Both the position numbers and the translations under genes were made by a program. From positions 43,162 through 107,161 of the forward strand of contig DF237252.1 in NCBI GenBank assembly GCA_000708835.1: a stretch of DNA of 64,000 nucleotides, given 5' to 3'. Below the pieces are notes generated by a model. That model saw only the letters and a program-made list of their open reading frames with translations. It searched no databases and had not been told where the DNA came from. Below, one piece after another: positions 24,364 through 37,826 of the stretch; position 1 is the first letter of the stretch, and the number at the start of each line of letters is the position of its first letter. The stretch is from Klebsormidium nitens. Taxonomy: Eukaryota; Plantae; Klebsormidiophyceae.

Positions 24364-25430
24364 GTCCTCCCTGCATGAGGAGGAGCTTGAGTTTTGTTCG
24401 ATGAGTGAAGCTGACCAATAGTTGCTTCGCAAATCAGGCAACAGATGCTTAAATTGAACCTTCCCTTCCTCTGACTAGACAAAGCTTGAGAGCTTTTCAT
24501 GAGGATCTTACTTCTGACCCGCAGCAATCATAGGATTTCATGCATGAGCTGATGAAGAGGGGTGATGCGATACAAGCATGCAACAATCGCTCATCTGGCA
24601 GCAAGCAGAATATTTACCAGATCGAAAGACTTTGCAAAGCAAGCGTTTCCTTCCGTTATCTCTTTTCACGTGCCACCTGCAGCTAGATGCGCAACCCTTC
24701 TCGAGCGCCTTCACCGTGACGCTGTGCTGAGGAGCTTCGAAGATTAAGAAAAAGCACGATCTTTACAGGACACGCAGCCAGGTTGCTTTCGATGTACAGG
24801 CGCGTTGTAAATCCTCTTGTTTAAGCCAGACTGCAAAAACGGATCTGAAAGCCTTTGCATGAAACGTCGTGGGTTTGGTTGGACCTAGCTGCGGCTGTGG
24901 ACTTTGATGTATGGACCCAGAATTCAGCAATTGATTGCGCAAAGCACAGCGCGATCCCGCTGTTGAGCTATGCTGACAACTTCTTCGAACCAAGAGGCGA
25001 CTGTGTTCTCCTTAGGTGCAGCCAATCGAATCTTCATCCAGAACGTCTGCGCGCTTCGCTGCCTCCGTTGCTCCCTTTCTTAAAGTGGGCGTGGGACCCG
25101 CGGGTCCCATTTTGATCGTACGCCCAGGATTCCATCGGCTTGATCGGTGCCCCATCCATCCAACGGTCGCGATTGCAGGTGACATCAGAAAATCGTCAGC
25201 GTACCGGGGTGCGTAGGTACGGTACTTTGGGAGCTACAGGTACCGCCGAAGTTGTATGACGTCACGGAATGCTTTACCCGGTACGGTCAAAATTGTTGTG
25301 AATCCAGCCGTTCGATCAGCCCCATATTTCCTTGAACAATCTAAGATCGTCGGATGGCCTGTCTGGGCTCAAATCAGGTGCCCGGTAGGGCCCCAAAAGC
25401 ATGCGCTAATAGCTGGGTGCGGCAAAAAAG

Positions 25431-25515
25431 AACTGAGTCTGTGATTCGAACGCGGGACCTCGGACCTTTTTGGCCAAGTCTAGGCGAGCGCGCTAGCCAC
25501 CTGAGCTACAGCGAC
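25431..25515 (-). ncRNA. tRNA-like Pol III element (tRNA pseudogene or SINE head)
   Basis: Minus strand GTCGCTGTAGCTCAGGTGGCTAGCGCG..GAGGTCCCGCGTTCGAATC: A-box (TAGCTCAGGTGG) and B-box (GTTCGAATC) followed by a T6 run. Acceptor and T stems do not pair, so it is not a canonical tRNA. Confidence 0.5.
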
Positions 25516-27199
25516 TCGGCCGGAACCCGATTTGGTCTGAAAGTTGCCGGTTTTATACCCCGACGCCCACTTTAAGTTCGAGCCATCCTCTTCAGTGCCG
25601 AAGATCTTAGCTTCAGCTTGACTTCTGCACGAGGGAGCTGCGCCGGGTCTTGGCCAGGTCATCGTGATGTCTTCGGACTTGATGCGTTTCGGAGTAGTCA
25701 TCTGGAAATGTTTGTCATGAGTCGAGATCTTCAGAATGATTTTCCGAGTTTCAGATCTCCAAAGTGATGCGAAGCTCCAAGAACGCCACGCGGCTTCATG
25801 TCATTGACGTAACCGGGGAGCATACCGCTACAGATGCTGTATGCTGTGGCCGTAGCGCGGCGGTAGAAGGGTATAGAAGGCCACTAGCTACGGTAATGTT
25901 TCTTGCCTAGCGTCGGTGATCGAAGCTTGATTAAAAAGCCAGCACAAGCTAGACCCCGAATTTTTGAGAATGACTCAAGGACCTTTCAGAGTTGATTGTC
26001 GGCAAGAAAGTCTAGCGACTCGGCACGGGTTGGGCTTTCTATAAAGGCCACACTGAATTGGGCGTGATTTTGGCATACATAACTTGAGGACTCTGAAGCA
26101 GTGCTTCAAGAGTGCTGGCTTAAATTCACGTCCGCTCCAATCTACAAGATTTACTCGGAATGATCCAGGAGCTATTTGATAATAAAAGGTTGAGTAAGAA
26201 CCGACCACAACCATCATGAGGAGCCATTCTAAGAAGCCTTTAGTGGGCGGAGGAAAGGCGCATGGGGGGAGAACTTTTCTTTACAATCCTCAAACTCCGA
26301 CCCGTATTCAGACCGGATGCCGCACGGCTTTTTGGCACGACTGTATCATGTTGGAGAGATCGCGCTCGAGCTCGCGTGAAAGTTGCATGCAATCAGGCCG
26401 CTTAAATCTTAAACAATGCCCTTCAGAGAGGCAGCATGGTTATGTAAGCATGTCTTACGAGCAATATTTGAATATGCATCTCCCATGTAGGCTGGAAGCA
26501 AATCCTGGATGCGTCCCGATGACATTGCAAAGATAGATACTTGATTGTACATACGCCCTTGAAAATCCTGCCGCCTTGATATGGGGCCGCAATAGTTGGG
26601 CTTATGAACGAACTCGGGTGCTTCGCTTTACATTTGGGTCCACTATAAGATCAGGATGTCCCTAAAAAAGCTCAGTAGCCTTTGAGACTCAGACTAAACG
26701 TTGCCTCAGCGTTAGTGGCGCGGTGAGGTTCGACCATGATCACCAACTTACTATGCCATACACAGTATAAGCAACAGCCCAAAACCGCAGAGAGGTGTAT
26801 TTAGCGGCACTTGAAAGATTTGAGAGGAGATGATACGGGAAGCTTAATCCCACGTAAGAGATGCTGAAGACCTGGCGAGTACTGAGCTCCAAGATCAAAG
26901 AGATTCAATCTGGCTTCTGAAGGGCTGTCCTCGAAAGCAAAAGTTTTAGGTCTCACTCGAAATCTATGGAAACGCTAGATATAACGAGATTGCAAAACTC
27001 CAACCACGTGCATGTTACGAACTCAAGCGAAAAGGTGCTCAGGTGACTGCGCGAGGCGGCGCGGTTGAAGGAAAGTGCGGACGAGAGAGGGGACCTTCGA
27101 CATCTGCAAAATCAAGATTAGAGGAAATGTTATCTTGTGCGCTTAAAAGCGGACAACTTCTTTCAAAGTGATATCCAAAAGCCGACTCCATAGCTGCCT

Positions 27200-28464
27200 T
27201 TGAAAACACCTTACTTTGATGGGGCCTCCCTGACACGCGAGAGCCGCTGCGTTGCAATGACCAACAAATCAAGCCGCTTTTGCAAAGCACCACCATCGAG
27301 CTTGTTTCTGGAGGACAATCTGATGTTTCTGTGGCACGGTGCAACAGCTGCGCGGTACTGAAAAAAGAAGCATGATTGCGGACGCACTAAGAAACTGAAA
27401 AGCAGCGGCGGCTCTGGATGCCAGAATAGCAGACATGACGATCGGCGGAGCGGTCGAGGCACAATTTTGGAAGCAAAGGCTGGTAAGCAGAGAGGCGCGA
27501 GTATTGTGCTTTTGGAGGTCGTTGCTGTGCTGCGTTGCTCGTAAGGATGCCTATTTGGAACCCTGGATTCTGGAACACGGTGAGTTCTCTCGCTGCTTAC
27601 CTTGCAAAGAATCTGAGCGCATGCCGACGGACTCTCAAAAGGCTGCACAGAGAAAGCAACCACTTTCAAGGGAGATTCAAAACGCTACTATTGAAAGCAG
27701 CTGAAAGATGCGAGCTCGAAGACTCAGATGTGAAGGTTTGCTTGAATCGAGTGCAATGTGAGAAGGTTGGTCTCGAAGGGGAGAGACGAAGCAAAGAAGG
27801 TTACGACAACCCTAGATCCAGACTAAGAAGATACTATTCTCAACTGCAGATTTCCAGGTTTCCAAAGCTTCAAAAGAAGATCCAACTGAATGCGAAATGC
27901 CTGGAGACCCCAGGATTGTAAACACGCTGCAGCCAAACGCCGAACGATCGTACTGGCTCAGAAGCATAAATTGTGAGGCTCTACAAGAAAAGCTGGGTCC
28001 TACCCGCATTCAGAAGCTTGTGCACAGCCTCCAGACCTGGGAGCCTACCCCGAAGAGCCCCAAAGTCGTGAAAACCTGCGCATAGATGGATTATTAGAAT
28101 AGCAGTATTTTCCAAGCAAGGTGGATATCATCCGCCCTGCATACAAACTGGTAAGGCTGATTTCGTGGCTTACCATGTGCGGTTGTAACAGATCAGTGAA
28201 CTGCTAGAGGCCCGGATGGTTGAGAACTCCAGGTGTTTAGTTCTTCAAACTCAGAAAGCTACTATGCGTCTGTAATGTCCTGCTTACTCAAATCCAACGA
28301 CCTAGAAGCTTCGAAATTTGACCATGCAACGGAGAAAGACTTCTGGGACTCACAGAGAGCGCTAGAATGCCGATGATCCAAGGAAGATAGTAGAGAACCT
28401 TCTCCAGCAAGCCATGCTGGCGAAGGAACCTCCGAATCGCAGGTGGAACTTGGGGCAGGTCCAT
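27200..28464 (-). pseudogene. Tandem paralogue 2 of the membrane-protein family, probably disabled (3' limit approximate)
   Basis: Exon 28354-28464 MDLPQVPPAIRRFLRQHGLLEKVLYYLPWIIGILALS|gtgagt resembles paralogue 1. The next exon from 28075 (VFTTLGLFGVGSQVWRL) hits TGA / shifts frame. Confidence 0.4.
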
Positions 28465-30113
28465 TGGATCTCTGCGCAGCAAGCAGGGATTCTCAAGATA
28501 AAGTCCTGCAATCCGATACAGAAAATCCAAGCAGAACAAGGATAATAAAGTATTTTTGAAGCAGTCGGTCGAAGACTTCTTATCAACTCTTCAACATTCT
28601 CTTCTTTTCAAATCCTGTCTCTCAGAGTATCGGGCCTGGCAAAGCATAGACCTTGACTAGGTTCCAACCATTTTCCTAAGAACTGAAGCAGCATCATGCA
28701 CTATCAATCAAACACATGCATTATTTAAAAGCTGTGTGTTCCACTCTGAGTAGAGGAGCCGGCTTTCAAGGTGTTGCCTTCTTCGTAAGCTTCCAGGTCA
28801 AGGCCTTCTTGCGTAAATTCCTTTTCACGCCGAGCTACAAACAAACCATGAAATCCTTACCCGTAGATTTTGCTGAACGCCTCTGCAGACCAGGAAGGAG
28901 AAAGGTGAAAATCTTCACTTAGGATCCAGAGTCTCCTGACGGCGCTCCTTGCTTGCGCTGAGTTTCTTCCTCTGCTTCTGCCTCGCACTATGAACGCCAA
29001 TGGTCTGCTCTTGCTGGCGCAACGGTGCATGCGCGGCAATTGATGGAGATGGAGATGTCACGAGCACGTTTCTCGCTACTCTGCATGCTGATCCAAGGCC
29101 AAGAGTCTCAAAGATTTAGATTAAGGTCACGGGAAAATTTGCTTGCTTAGCAGCGTTTCGATATGCTGCGCATGACGCAGCATCTGACGTTCGGATTTCT
29201 GAATTCTGCGCTGACTACAGTAGCGGATTCCGCAGAACCGGCGGTGAAAATCGAAGTCAAGGACCGGCTTCGGCTGCGACTTTGATGAGCGTGCTCAGCA
29301 CCTTCCAGGAAATTTTCAATGCTCCGAAATTCTGAGTCGGTACCCAATAGGTCTGCGCTCCAATCGAATCCTCGATGCTTGAGTGCACTTCGAAATCTAC
29401 TGCAGGTAGACTACTGTATGTTGCAGCCGTTCTAAGCGAGACCCTCTTCCAAGTGCAGTCTTGGCTGAACGGGACTCCTTTTGCCAACACGGCATGCAAC
29501 CTGGCAATTGGTCTTAGATGTTTCAATGATGCCGAATCCAATCGACCAGTCATGCTTCTATTGGGTATTGTGGAGCTGGAGTCATAGATGGCTTCCAAAA
29601 GCGAAGCAGATTCCATCCGAAGTTTCAAGTCCTTATGAAAAGAGTTTGTCACTACCAAGCACTTGCATGCTTGCAGATCAATAAGGACGTCTGTGGCCTG
29701 AAGACTCTTCTCAAAGGCAGCCGCCACACAAGACAGGTGCACTGCTCATTACACATGCGCTTTCACGAACCCAAATGAGTTCTATCGTGCCGTCTGATTG
29801 CAAAATTATCCCCTTAACAAGGATGCCAGCTTTTGAAAAGTTGACAGACTCAAACGTCGAATCGTTTCAGGGCCATATTGCATTCTAAGCTGCAGCTTTG
29901 AATGCAATCTTTTGAAGCTCTATCTCTCGCTACTAGAGTTCACCAAGGACTTCGAGCGGTTATTCAAGCGTCCGATGCTTGAAGCAATATAGCCTGGCAG
30001 TGCTTTCACCGTCTTCAAACAAACCTTGTCATTAACCGGCCATTGTTCCAAATCCCAGATGCTTTCTCCTCAAGTCGGACCAATGTGCACTATCGCTCTC
30101 TGGCTCTGTTATT

Positions 30114-31904
30114 CTATTCAACACCAAACCTTGTTTCCTTGTCATGGAATACCCGATCCTCGATAGCCGAGCCTACCCTTAGAAACATCTCGAGAAAAAT
30201 CATTGCAATGATCACCGGAGGATGGGACCAAAGCGCGAGCAGGAACCCGAGCGATCCGAGTGAGGCGAGCGGTTGACCAAGCGGCTCCTTGAGAGGGAAC
30301 ATCCAGAGCGAGATCAAGATTGCCAGGGGACTGAGGGAGAACCACGCGATAACGTCGAGCCTAAACTTTGCGGGCAGCAGGTAGGGCTCGTATTGGTCTG
30401 GCGGGTATACCAGTGCAACGATCGGCTCAAAGATACCCTTTGTGGCGAGCGGAAGGAGGGGGCGGAAAGCAGCGCGGACGAGCTTCGAGAGGGCGCAGAT
30501 CGCGAAGGAAGAATAGAGGAACGGGAGCTCCGTAACCTGCAGAAAAGAAGATAGCGCCTCGTTTCCACAATCAAGATTGGAGCATGTCCTCCTCAATAGG
30601 GAGGGAAACGCGCGTATTCTCCGATCATGAACCGCTGTATTCGAGATCTGCACAGGTTTTCAGACCTATTCATCCCTTGCACTACGAGAGATGTTACACT
30701 AGAATCATTCTAACGAGCGAACGACTTTGCATGGCCATACGCTGGATCTCAACCGTTCAGATAGACGAAAAATACAGCTAAATTTTGATCGCTGCACAGC
30801 AACCACCACGAGAACGCTCATTGGGTCCCGTCTCGTCAGGTTTGCGGAGCCAACTTAAGCAGCTCAGGGACGCGCATTTGGACTGAGAGCTCACCGCAAA
30901 GAGAAGGTTGAAGGAATTCTGGAAAAGCGGCTCCTCAAAAAGCTGCATATCGCGAGTGTACAGAATTGTTTTTATGGTCTACGATGATTGTGATTCAGAA
31001 GAACCGCAGAATGATCGTATGAAGCACGCATTTCCCGACAAAAATGGCTACTAAACAGTTTTAATCTGAAGAAACATATAATCCTTCAATCGAGAATTAC
31101 TGCACCTCAGAACAGGTTGTTATTTGAAGACGTAATATCAAACAACCTGATAATCTTTTAATTGAACATGAAGGTTGCTCGTAGACATCAGTGGAACCGT
31201 TGTTGATCTCGTGATGTAACCAGCATTCATAGTTGATAAGACTGCAGATTTTTGCAGGAAGAGCGTGTGGCTGGCGCAACGGTTAAGCAAGATCATCAGA
31301 GGGTTACTCAACTGCTCAAGATCATACAGGATGTCCCTTACCTCATTAATGAAGTCGCTGAGAAAACGGACGTAGGGGCGGCCAAATTTCCACAAGCGGA
31401 AGCCCATTTCAGCAACCGTGCAAAACGCCATTGTCTGTAAAAGAGCTTTGGATTAAGATTCGACTTCGGCGTTTTGGAAGAGAAGGGACGTTACATTCAC
31501 GAAGAAAACCCTGAACAGCAGATCGCGGAATTTTGAGATGTGGCTTACTGATACTGGTGCTCAAGTTTGGGGAATCCGGCCGTAAAACGGAATCAAAATC
31601 TGAAGCATGGGAGCTTCTAACAGCTGTTTTGAGGAAGTTCTTAGTGAAAGAACTGGACGTGACTACCATCAGCTCTGATATCTCTTTTGCAGATTGAGTT
31701 TGTCGAGCAGATACTGACCCAGAGAAAATGACTCGCAAAACTTGATTTACTTGAAGAGCCATATATAAGTTTTCCGTAAGAGTCAGATGGTAAAAAGGAA
31801 GGCGGGACACTTACATAGACAACGAAAAGCAGGATGCCCAGAAAGATTTTCACGAGCGGTCCAGGTCCCCAAAAGAATGCCTGAAACGTGGATAGCAGAT
31901 CCAT
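30114..31904 (-). CDS. Uncharacterised small multi-pass membrane protein, tandem paralogue 3
   Basis: Exon 31815-31904 MDLLSTFQAFFWGPGPLVKIFLGILLFVVY|gtaagt; exon 31342-31434 TMAFCTVAEMGFRLWKFGRPYVRFLSDFINE|gtaagg; exon 30114-30536 VTELPFLYSSFAICALSKLVRAAFRPLLP..KFRLDVIAW..RVGSAIEDRVF. Splice positions equivalent to paralogue 1. May splice on further toward ~29260. Confidence 0.55.
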
Positions 31905-33403
31905 GTCGGACCTGCGCATCAATATGCAAGAGTCAAGTGCTACACGGATCTTGACGTCTGCTAACCTTGCAGCATCAGTATGTTACGCAAATGTAGCAAG
32001 CAGTAGCAAGCAGAAGATGCAATTATGCTGACCAGCATGTTCTCGAAAGCTTGACTGGGTTTTCCTTGCTCCCAGGACAGGCCAACTTGCAGTGCAGCAC
32101 TTTGTTGTTTGTCAAGGCCTAGCCAGATCCATGACAGGCCAGATCAAAGCTTTTTGCTTGCATGTGGAAGTTACGTCCATTCCTGATGATGAGGAAGCTG
32201 GACAACTTTCAGTCTTTCGTGCCTCATCCTCGACCTTTTGAAGAACATCTTTACTATCGAGAACTCTGCAGCTTCATGTAGAGGTTAATGCAAATTCTCT
32301 CACTGCTCCCTTCAAAACAGCCTCAATTACATCAACATCACAATTTTCTCTGGAGTCCGAGGTAGAGCCCATATTTGCTCCTGACCTTGGAGCTGTGTAC
32401 CCGCCTTCGTGGAAAGTTGAAGATTTGCTCACCGTTCTGTTGGATGTAGAAGTTTCAAATCGTTGGAAAGCTGGTCACCAGCACCTTTCTCCGATCGCAA
32501 AGTCTGCCTGCAGCAACCTTCCGAAGCGACGCGCAAGCTTTGAACTTCGACACAGCAACGCCTCTCTGATTGTCCTTTGCTGCTCAAGCGCAGAACGAGA
32601 TCTTAAAACTGAAAACTCAGTTTCAGCACTGTGGAAGGCCTAGGGCAGCGCACTTGCAAAGGTTTCTTTCAACCTGACCATCCTCCTTCCCCCCGCCTTC
32701 TGTTCTGCTTTGATAAGAAACCTACTTGGGATTTGGGGCGCTTGATTTCCACTCGAGGCTTTCAAAAGTGGCCAGACGAGGACTTCCTTATGCATGAAGC
32801 TTGCTTTGCGCGTCGTCGGCTCACGCCGTGGCGGCCGCGGCCGCGGATCCTTGCGACGCGGCCGCCGTGCGCGGTGTTGACCTGCAAGCCTTGAAGGAGG
32901 TTTTCATTCATAGCTTGCTTCAGGTGCTGAAAGCCTGTTCTTGACCAGCCGGACGCGCAATGCACGGTGCATGCCGAAAGCGCTTGGCCCTCCGAAAAGC
33001 TGGTTCGAATCAACTTGTGATATGAACCAGTCCCTCGTGAATTGCGTCCACGTCGGATCATCCCTGATGATTCAAATCAGCTCGAAGTCTAGAAGAGCGG
33101 ACTCGATGCGCAGGCCGGGAAGGAGACGAAGACGAGAACAGCTGCACGAGACAATTTTGACTCTCAGCGCAAGCCTCAATCCTTTTTGGACTTTGCGCAT
33201 TGAAGCACATTGAAGCAAGCCCCTCCTCTCAAACGCTGGGAACACAATAGTGCTTGCGACCAAATTCAATCAGGTTGCTTAGCAGGACTCAGTCGAAATC
33301 AAGTCGTCTTGAACTTGGAAGAAAGCAGAGAAGATTGCAAAGAGCTTGCCAACGCCACTTTCCCCTTCATCTCTCTCCAGAAAACCCGCAAACTCTCTCA
33401 AGC

Positions 33404-36400
33404 ATGGCTAGCTCCGCCCTCGCCGGCCTCCTGCGGGGCACCGCTCCGCTCGTCCGCGCCCTGTCCCCCACGCGCGCGCGGCCCCTGCCCGGGGTGAGCA
33501 TCTCCCAAGCCGCGTTCGGCAGGACCGAGTCCCCGGGGAACGCCTCCCGGTTGGTTCGCCGCTTCGCGACCGCGGCCGCGGCCGACCAGGGGCGCGGCTC
33601 CAGGCGCGCTGGCGACGCCAGCGGCGCTTCAGCTGTCGGTGACGCTGGTGATGCTGGTGGCCTGTCTGACGTGGCAGTCAGTGGCGACAGGGGTACCGGT
33701 TCCGATGTGGCAAGGAGGGACCGGGACAGAGGCCAGGGGTATGGACTCACGAGGGGAGGAGGGGGGAGGGGAGGGAGGGGCGGTGCCCTCAGCCCGTTCT
33801 CATTTGGTGAGCAAGAGGTCTTTTTGCTCGTTCTGAGTTGCATGAGATTGCTTTCTACCTTGCAAAACTTTGTTTGATGTCTTGTGAAAGACGAAGAATG
33901 TTGGACGAAGCTTTGTTAGATTGAAATAAGCGAATGGGTTTCGTGCTGATGAAAGTTTTTCTGTAGTTTTCTTCACGTTCTGGAGAGGCTTTTATCAATG
34001 AAAGAAAGCCACATTTTGAATCATGCTAAATCGTTTCCTTTTTGCTGTTTTGCTCCGAAGATGGGAATCAGCTCTTTCTGCATGCATGATTTACACGAAG
34101 TTCGTTCCTTCGCTTTCGCATGCACGACGCTTCAGGGAGAAACACGCAACCCTGCTCGGATTTTTAGATCTCATCCAGAAACGAAGCCTTATTTCATGGT
34201 CCTTAGCTGATGTTCCTTAAGAGGCCCTGAATTTGTTTGTCAAGAGCAAAACGCACGTGGTATCCGCACTGCAGAGTGTAGCTCATTCTGTTCATTCCTT
34301 TCATTGCATTTCACCAGATCCTACTCACACAATGTACGCAGTTCTGTCTCTTTTGTTTGTCTGCTTGTAGGGAAAAGGAAAAACGGAGTAACCCAGAATG
34401 TTTGATGTAGTAACCTAGAATCTTTGATGTATGAAGGTCTGGTCAGCTTCGACTCTCTGACATGCCAAGCTTCCAGGACTCGTCCTTCCCCGAAAGAAGA
34501 GCGGTCTCGCAAAGCAAATCTTGCTTCTGCTCTCAAAGAGTTGGTTTTGAACTCGAGAGCAACATTCTTTTCTCAGCGCCGAAAGCCAGGATGCAGCATT
34601 ATACCCAGGGCTCTTGTGGGAAGATCGTGCAGTACGAAATTTCAAGCGACGTGATGTGAGAGGTTCCAAAAGCACTGTCTCCCCTCTGTCCTCGTCTCGA
34701 GACGGACTGAACACCGGATCTCGAAAGCGGAAGCCATTCAGAAGTTTCAGAGACGCTGCCTCCACAAATTCTGTTTTCACCCTGCCTAAACCCTGTCTAA
34801 ACCCCGCAGACCTGGGCCCGCTCTTCTCCGCGCGCGGCGACCGCGACCTGCTCAACATGATGGACGACTTCTTCCTCACCCCCAGCCGCTTCTTCGACCA
34901 GGCGCTGCGCGACATCTTCCAGTCGCTGCCCGTGCAGCCGCCGCGCCTCGACATCAACGAGAGCGACAAGGAGTACACCATCAAGGTAAATCGCTCGTCC
35001 GGAATCCCCTGGATCACTTCAGACGGTATCGAAGTCGAGTTCCTCTTTTGGGCGGATTTTGGTTTCTGATTTGTTCGACAATCTAAAAGTGTGCGGCGAT
35101 TGTACAGTTTTTCTTTCTTCAGAGTTTGACAGCGTCTTCAGGAGAAGGCATGAGGACAAAGAGTTCTGCGATTATTTGACAATCTCAACGTCCATCTGCT
35201 CGACGCGACCAGCTTTATCTTTGAGCGTCCGAACTACTCGAGAGAAGCGCCCGTACGCAGGGCAGGAAAGCGCAATTGCTCTTTTTGAATCTACCCCCCG
35301 GGGACCGGCTTTGCCGCCGGTCAACTGAAATCTCCCCATTTTCGTCTTTCCCCCGCTCACCGTCTTTCCCCCGGTCGCGTAGATGCAACTCACCGGGCTG
35401 AAATAGAACGAGGTGACCGTCACTCTTATTTCCGTGGAACGCCTTCTGCCCGCTTAAAACTTTTCCCCCGGTCATTGGATGCAACTTCATGGGCTGAAGA
35501 CGGATGGCATAAGCAACACGGTTGCTTTATCTCTCCGTTTGACGTCTTATCCCGGTCGCGCAGATGCAACTCCCCGGGCTGCAGAAGGACGAGGTGAAGA
35601 TCACGATGGTGACACCGCACGGCTAAGCTTGTGTGGCAGTCGGTTTAGAGGTAAACCCGCGTAAAGCCCTTGTGAAATCCCGTGAACCGCCTTTTCCTCC
35701 GCAGATGCAACTCCCCGGGCTGCAGAAGGACGAGGTGAACATCACGGTGGACCCGGACGACCCCAACCAGCCGACGCTGCGCATCACCGCCCACCACGAG
35801 GCGAAGGAGGGCGAGGACCAGCGCTTCTGGGAGGACGTCGACACGCGCCTGCGGCTGCCGGACGGCACCAACCCGGAGGACGTGCGGGCCGAGGTGGGTG
35901 CTCCGTCTGCTGACGTCATGTTTCTCATGACGTCCTCTGTCTCTTATAGTGTTGTGTTTTTTTGGGAGACGCCCCTGCGTCTGCAGCCGACGGACTAACC
36001 CGGAGGTCGTATGAGCGGGAATGAGGCGCTTAGCTTCGCTGACGTCGTCGTTTTTCTTTTCATTTGCCCCCCCCCCCCGAAGCGATGGAGAGATGTCTCG
36101 GAGATTGCCTTATCTGCGCGCCTCGTAAACCTTGAGTCCCGCTTTCCTCGGTGGCGAAGCCTCTCGTCTCTCCTCTTCTTTCTGGACTTGAAGACATCCA
36201 CGTCGGGCAGTCACGTCGGGAAGTCACATGCCTGCATTTGGCTCAGAAATTGAAAGCAGGGACTCGGAACTCCTTTTCGGTCCCGGCAATGATCCCCTCT
36301 TTGCGCAGCTTTGCAACGGAGCGTGCGTAATTGCTTCGCTTCTCGGCCACATCCGATAATTCTGAAAATGTCGATCTTCTGGTCACCATGATGGAGATTC

Positions 36401-36530
36401 CAAAGCAGTTTTTACTGATCTAAGGCTCCCCGTTGGTGTGCAGTTCAAGGACGGCACGCTGACCATCCACGTGCCAAAAGAAGAGGCACCGGAGAACCCG
36501 GAGCCGAAGAGGATCCCCGTCCACGGTTAA
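33404..36530 (+). CDS. Organellar (probably mitochondrial) small heat-shock protein, HSP20/alpha-crystallin family, copy 1
   Basis: Exons 33404-33806 (Arg/Ala-rich transit-like N-terminus, RRFATAAAA), 34810-34985 (DLLNMMDDFF..RLDINESDKEYTIK), 35705-35893 (MQLPGLQKDEVNITV..RLRLPDGTNPEDVRAE), 36444-36530 (FKDGTLTIHVPKEE..RIPVHG*). Alpha-crystallin motifs LPG.K.EV, LP...., GVL.I.VPK and C-terminal I-x-V. Confidence 0.93.
35350..35740 (+). repeat. Intronic echoes of sHSP copy 1 exon-3 acceptor (3 degenerate copies)
   Basis: cccggtcgcg(t/c)agatgcaactc.ccgggctg at 35370-35400, 35467-35495 (AG lost) and 35551-35600 precede the real cagatgcaactccccgggctgcagaaggacgaggtgaa at 35702. Confidence 0.9.
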
Positions 36531-37826
36531 CGAACCAATGGATCCGTTCGGAAAGCAACTTATAGATATGGGAAGAGATGCAGTCAGTGATAGGATGGGG
36601 GGCATAGGTTTTAAGCCGGGTCTGCATGGCGCGAATATAGGCAGGCGGTAAAGCTGACGGGTGGAGACATGTTAAGAAACTGGTGCGGAGAAGTATGATA
36701 CGCGCAAATGTCGTCCAAAGACTTGCTTGAGTGGGGCGAAATGTAGCTTGACGACTTTCTTGGCGGCTGGCAGAGAAAGGTCAGGAAAAAAGGGGCCTGT
36801 AAGACACGGAATCTGTTCGCTGCGCGACCAATCTTCTCCTGTATAGAGAGAGAGGTAGCCCTTTATGGCACTTTTCTTGGCAGTAAGGCTTATCACGGTG
36901 CTATAGAGAATACTGTCCGTTCAACGTCCTCCTCAAAGCGATTCGGTACGTCTCCGAAATTGCATGAGTCAACAAAATTGCTCATTCATTTATGAGGCCC
37001 CATCTCCAATATTTGTTCCTAGTGATTTGCTTCAGTGCAAGTCACCGGATCGACGACTGCCAGCAGTAGACGGTGCTTGATGTTGTTGATTGATAGCGCA
37101 TCCGTTATTCATGCGTAATCCGAACCCTTCAGAAGGCGTCCTGCTCAAGTTCTTTGTACGCTACGAAAACATTGCGCCGCTGCAAATCAGCACTGTGAAT
37201 AGAAAGAGCCCAAGCGGTGAATATTACAGCTGTTTGACAGCAATGCTTTCAGCGCAGCTTAGAACGTTGCTCATTGCCGAGTTGGACAGAACTTCTAGCG
37301 AGACGTTTGGTTGCGTCTCTTACACCACGCCTATCTGGGGGCCTTTGGCCCAATTCTTTAGTAGTGCCCCATTGATTAACCACGAAAAAGTTGGTTCGTG
37401 TGCTCGAAAGCACATTATTCATGCTCAAACAATGATGCATTATCAATCTGTCGAGCGGGCTAATGAATCAAGCCTGAACATGGAAGTCATGTCATGCGCA
37501 CCCGAATTCAGCCGACCCACCTGCTGGATCTCGACGTCACTTGGCTTGAATATAGCTTAGTTGCGTGAACTCTTGCTTCGACATCGGGTGCATCGGATGG
37601 CCCGGTTGCGTTGGTTGTCTTGATTACGAAGTCCACGAGCATCCGCATGGCCGGCAATGAAGACTTAAAGTTAGGCACCTGGCCCGACTCAACCGTGCGC
37701 GGCCGCGGATGCCGCCCGGGCGGCCGCGCCCCTTCCCTAGCAGGGGGTTTGAAGGTTTCGCAACAATTTGAAAATTGCATGCAAATGTTGCATTGCTGCT
37801 TGCTTCACTTTCTTAGAGGCTAGATC

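Noticed and set aside
32160-32640. Coding-looking minus-strand stretch (DVDVIEAVLKGAVREFAL..VLQKVEDEARK)
   Set aside because: Interrupted by stops, with no recognisable motif or consistent splice sites; cannot be supported as a gene.
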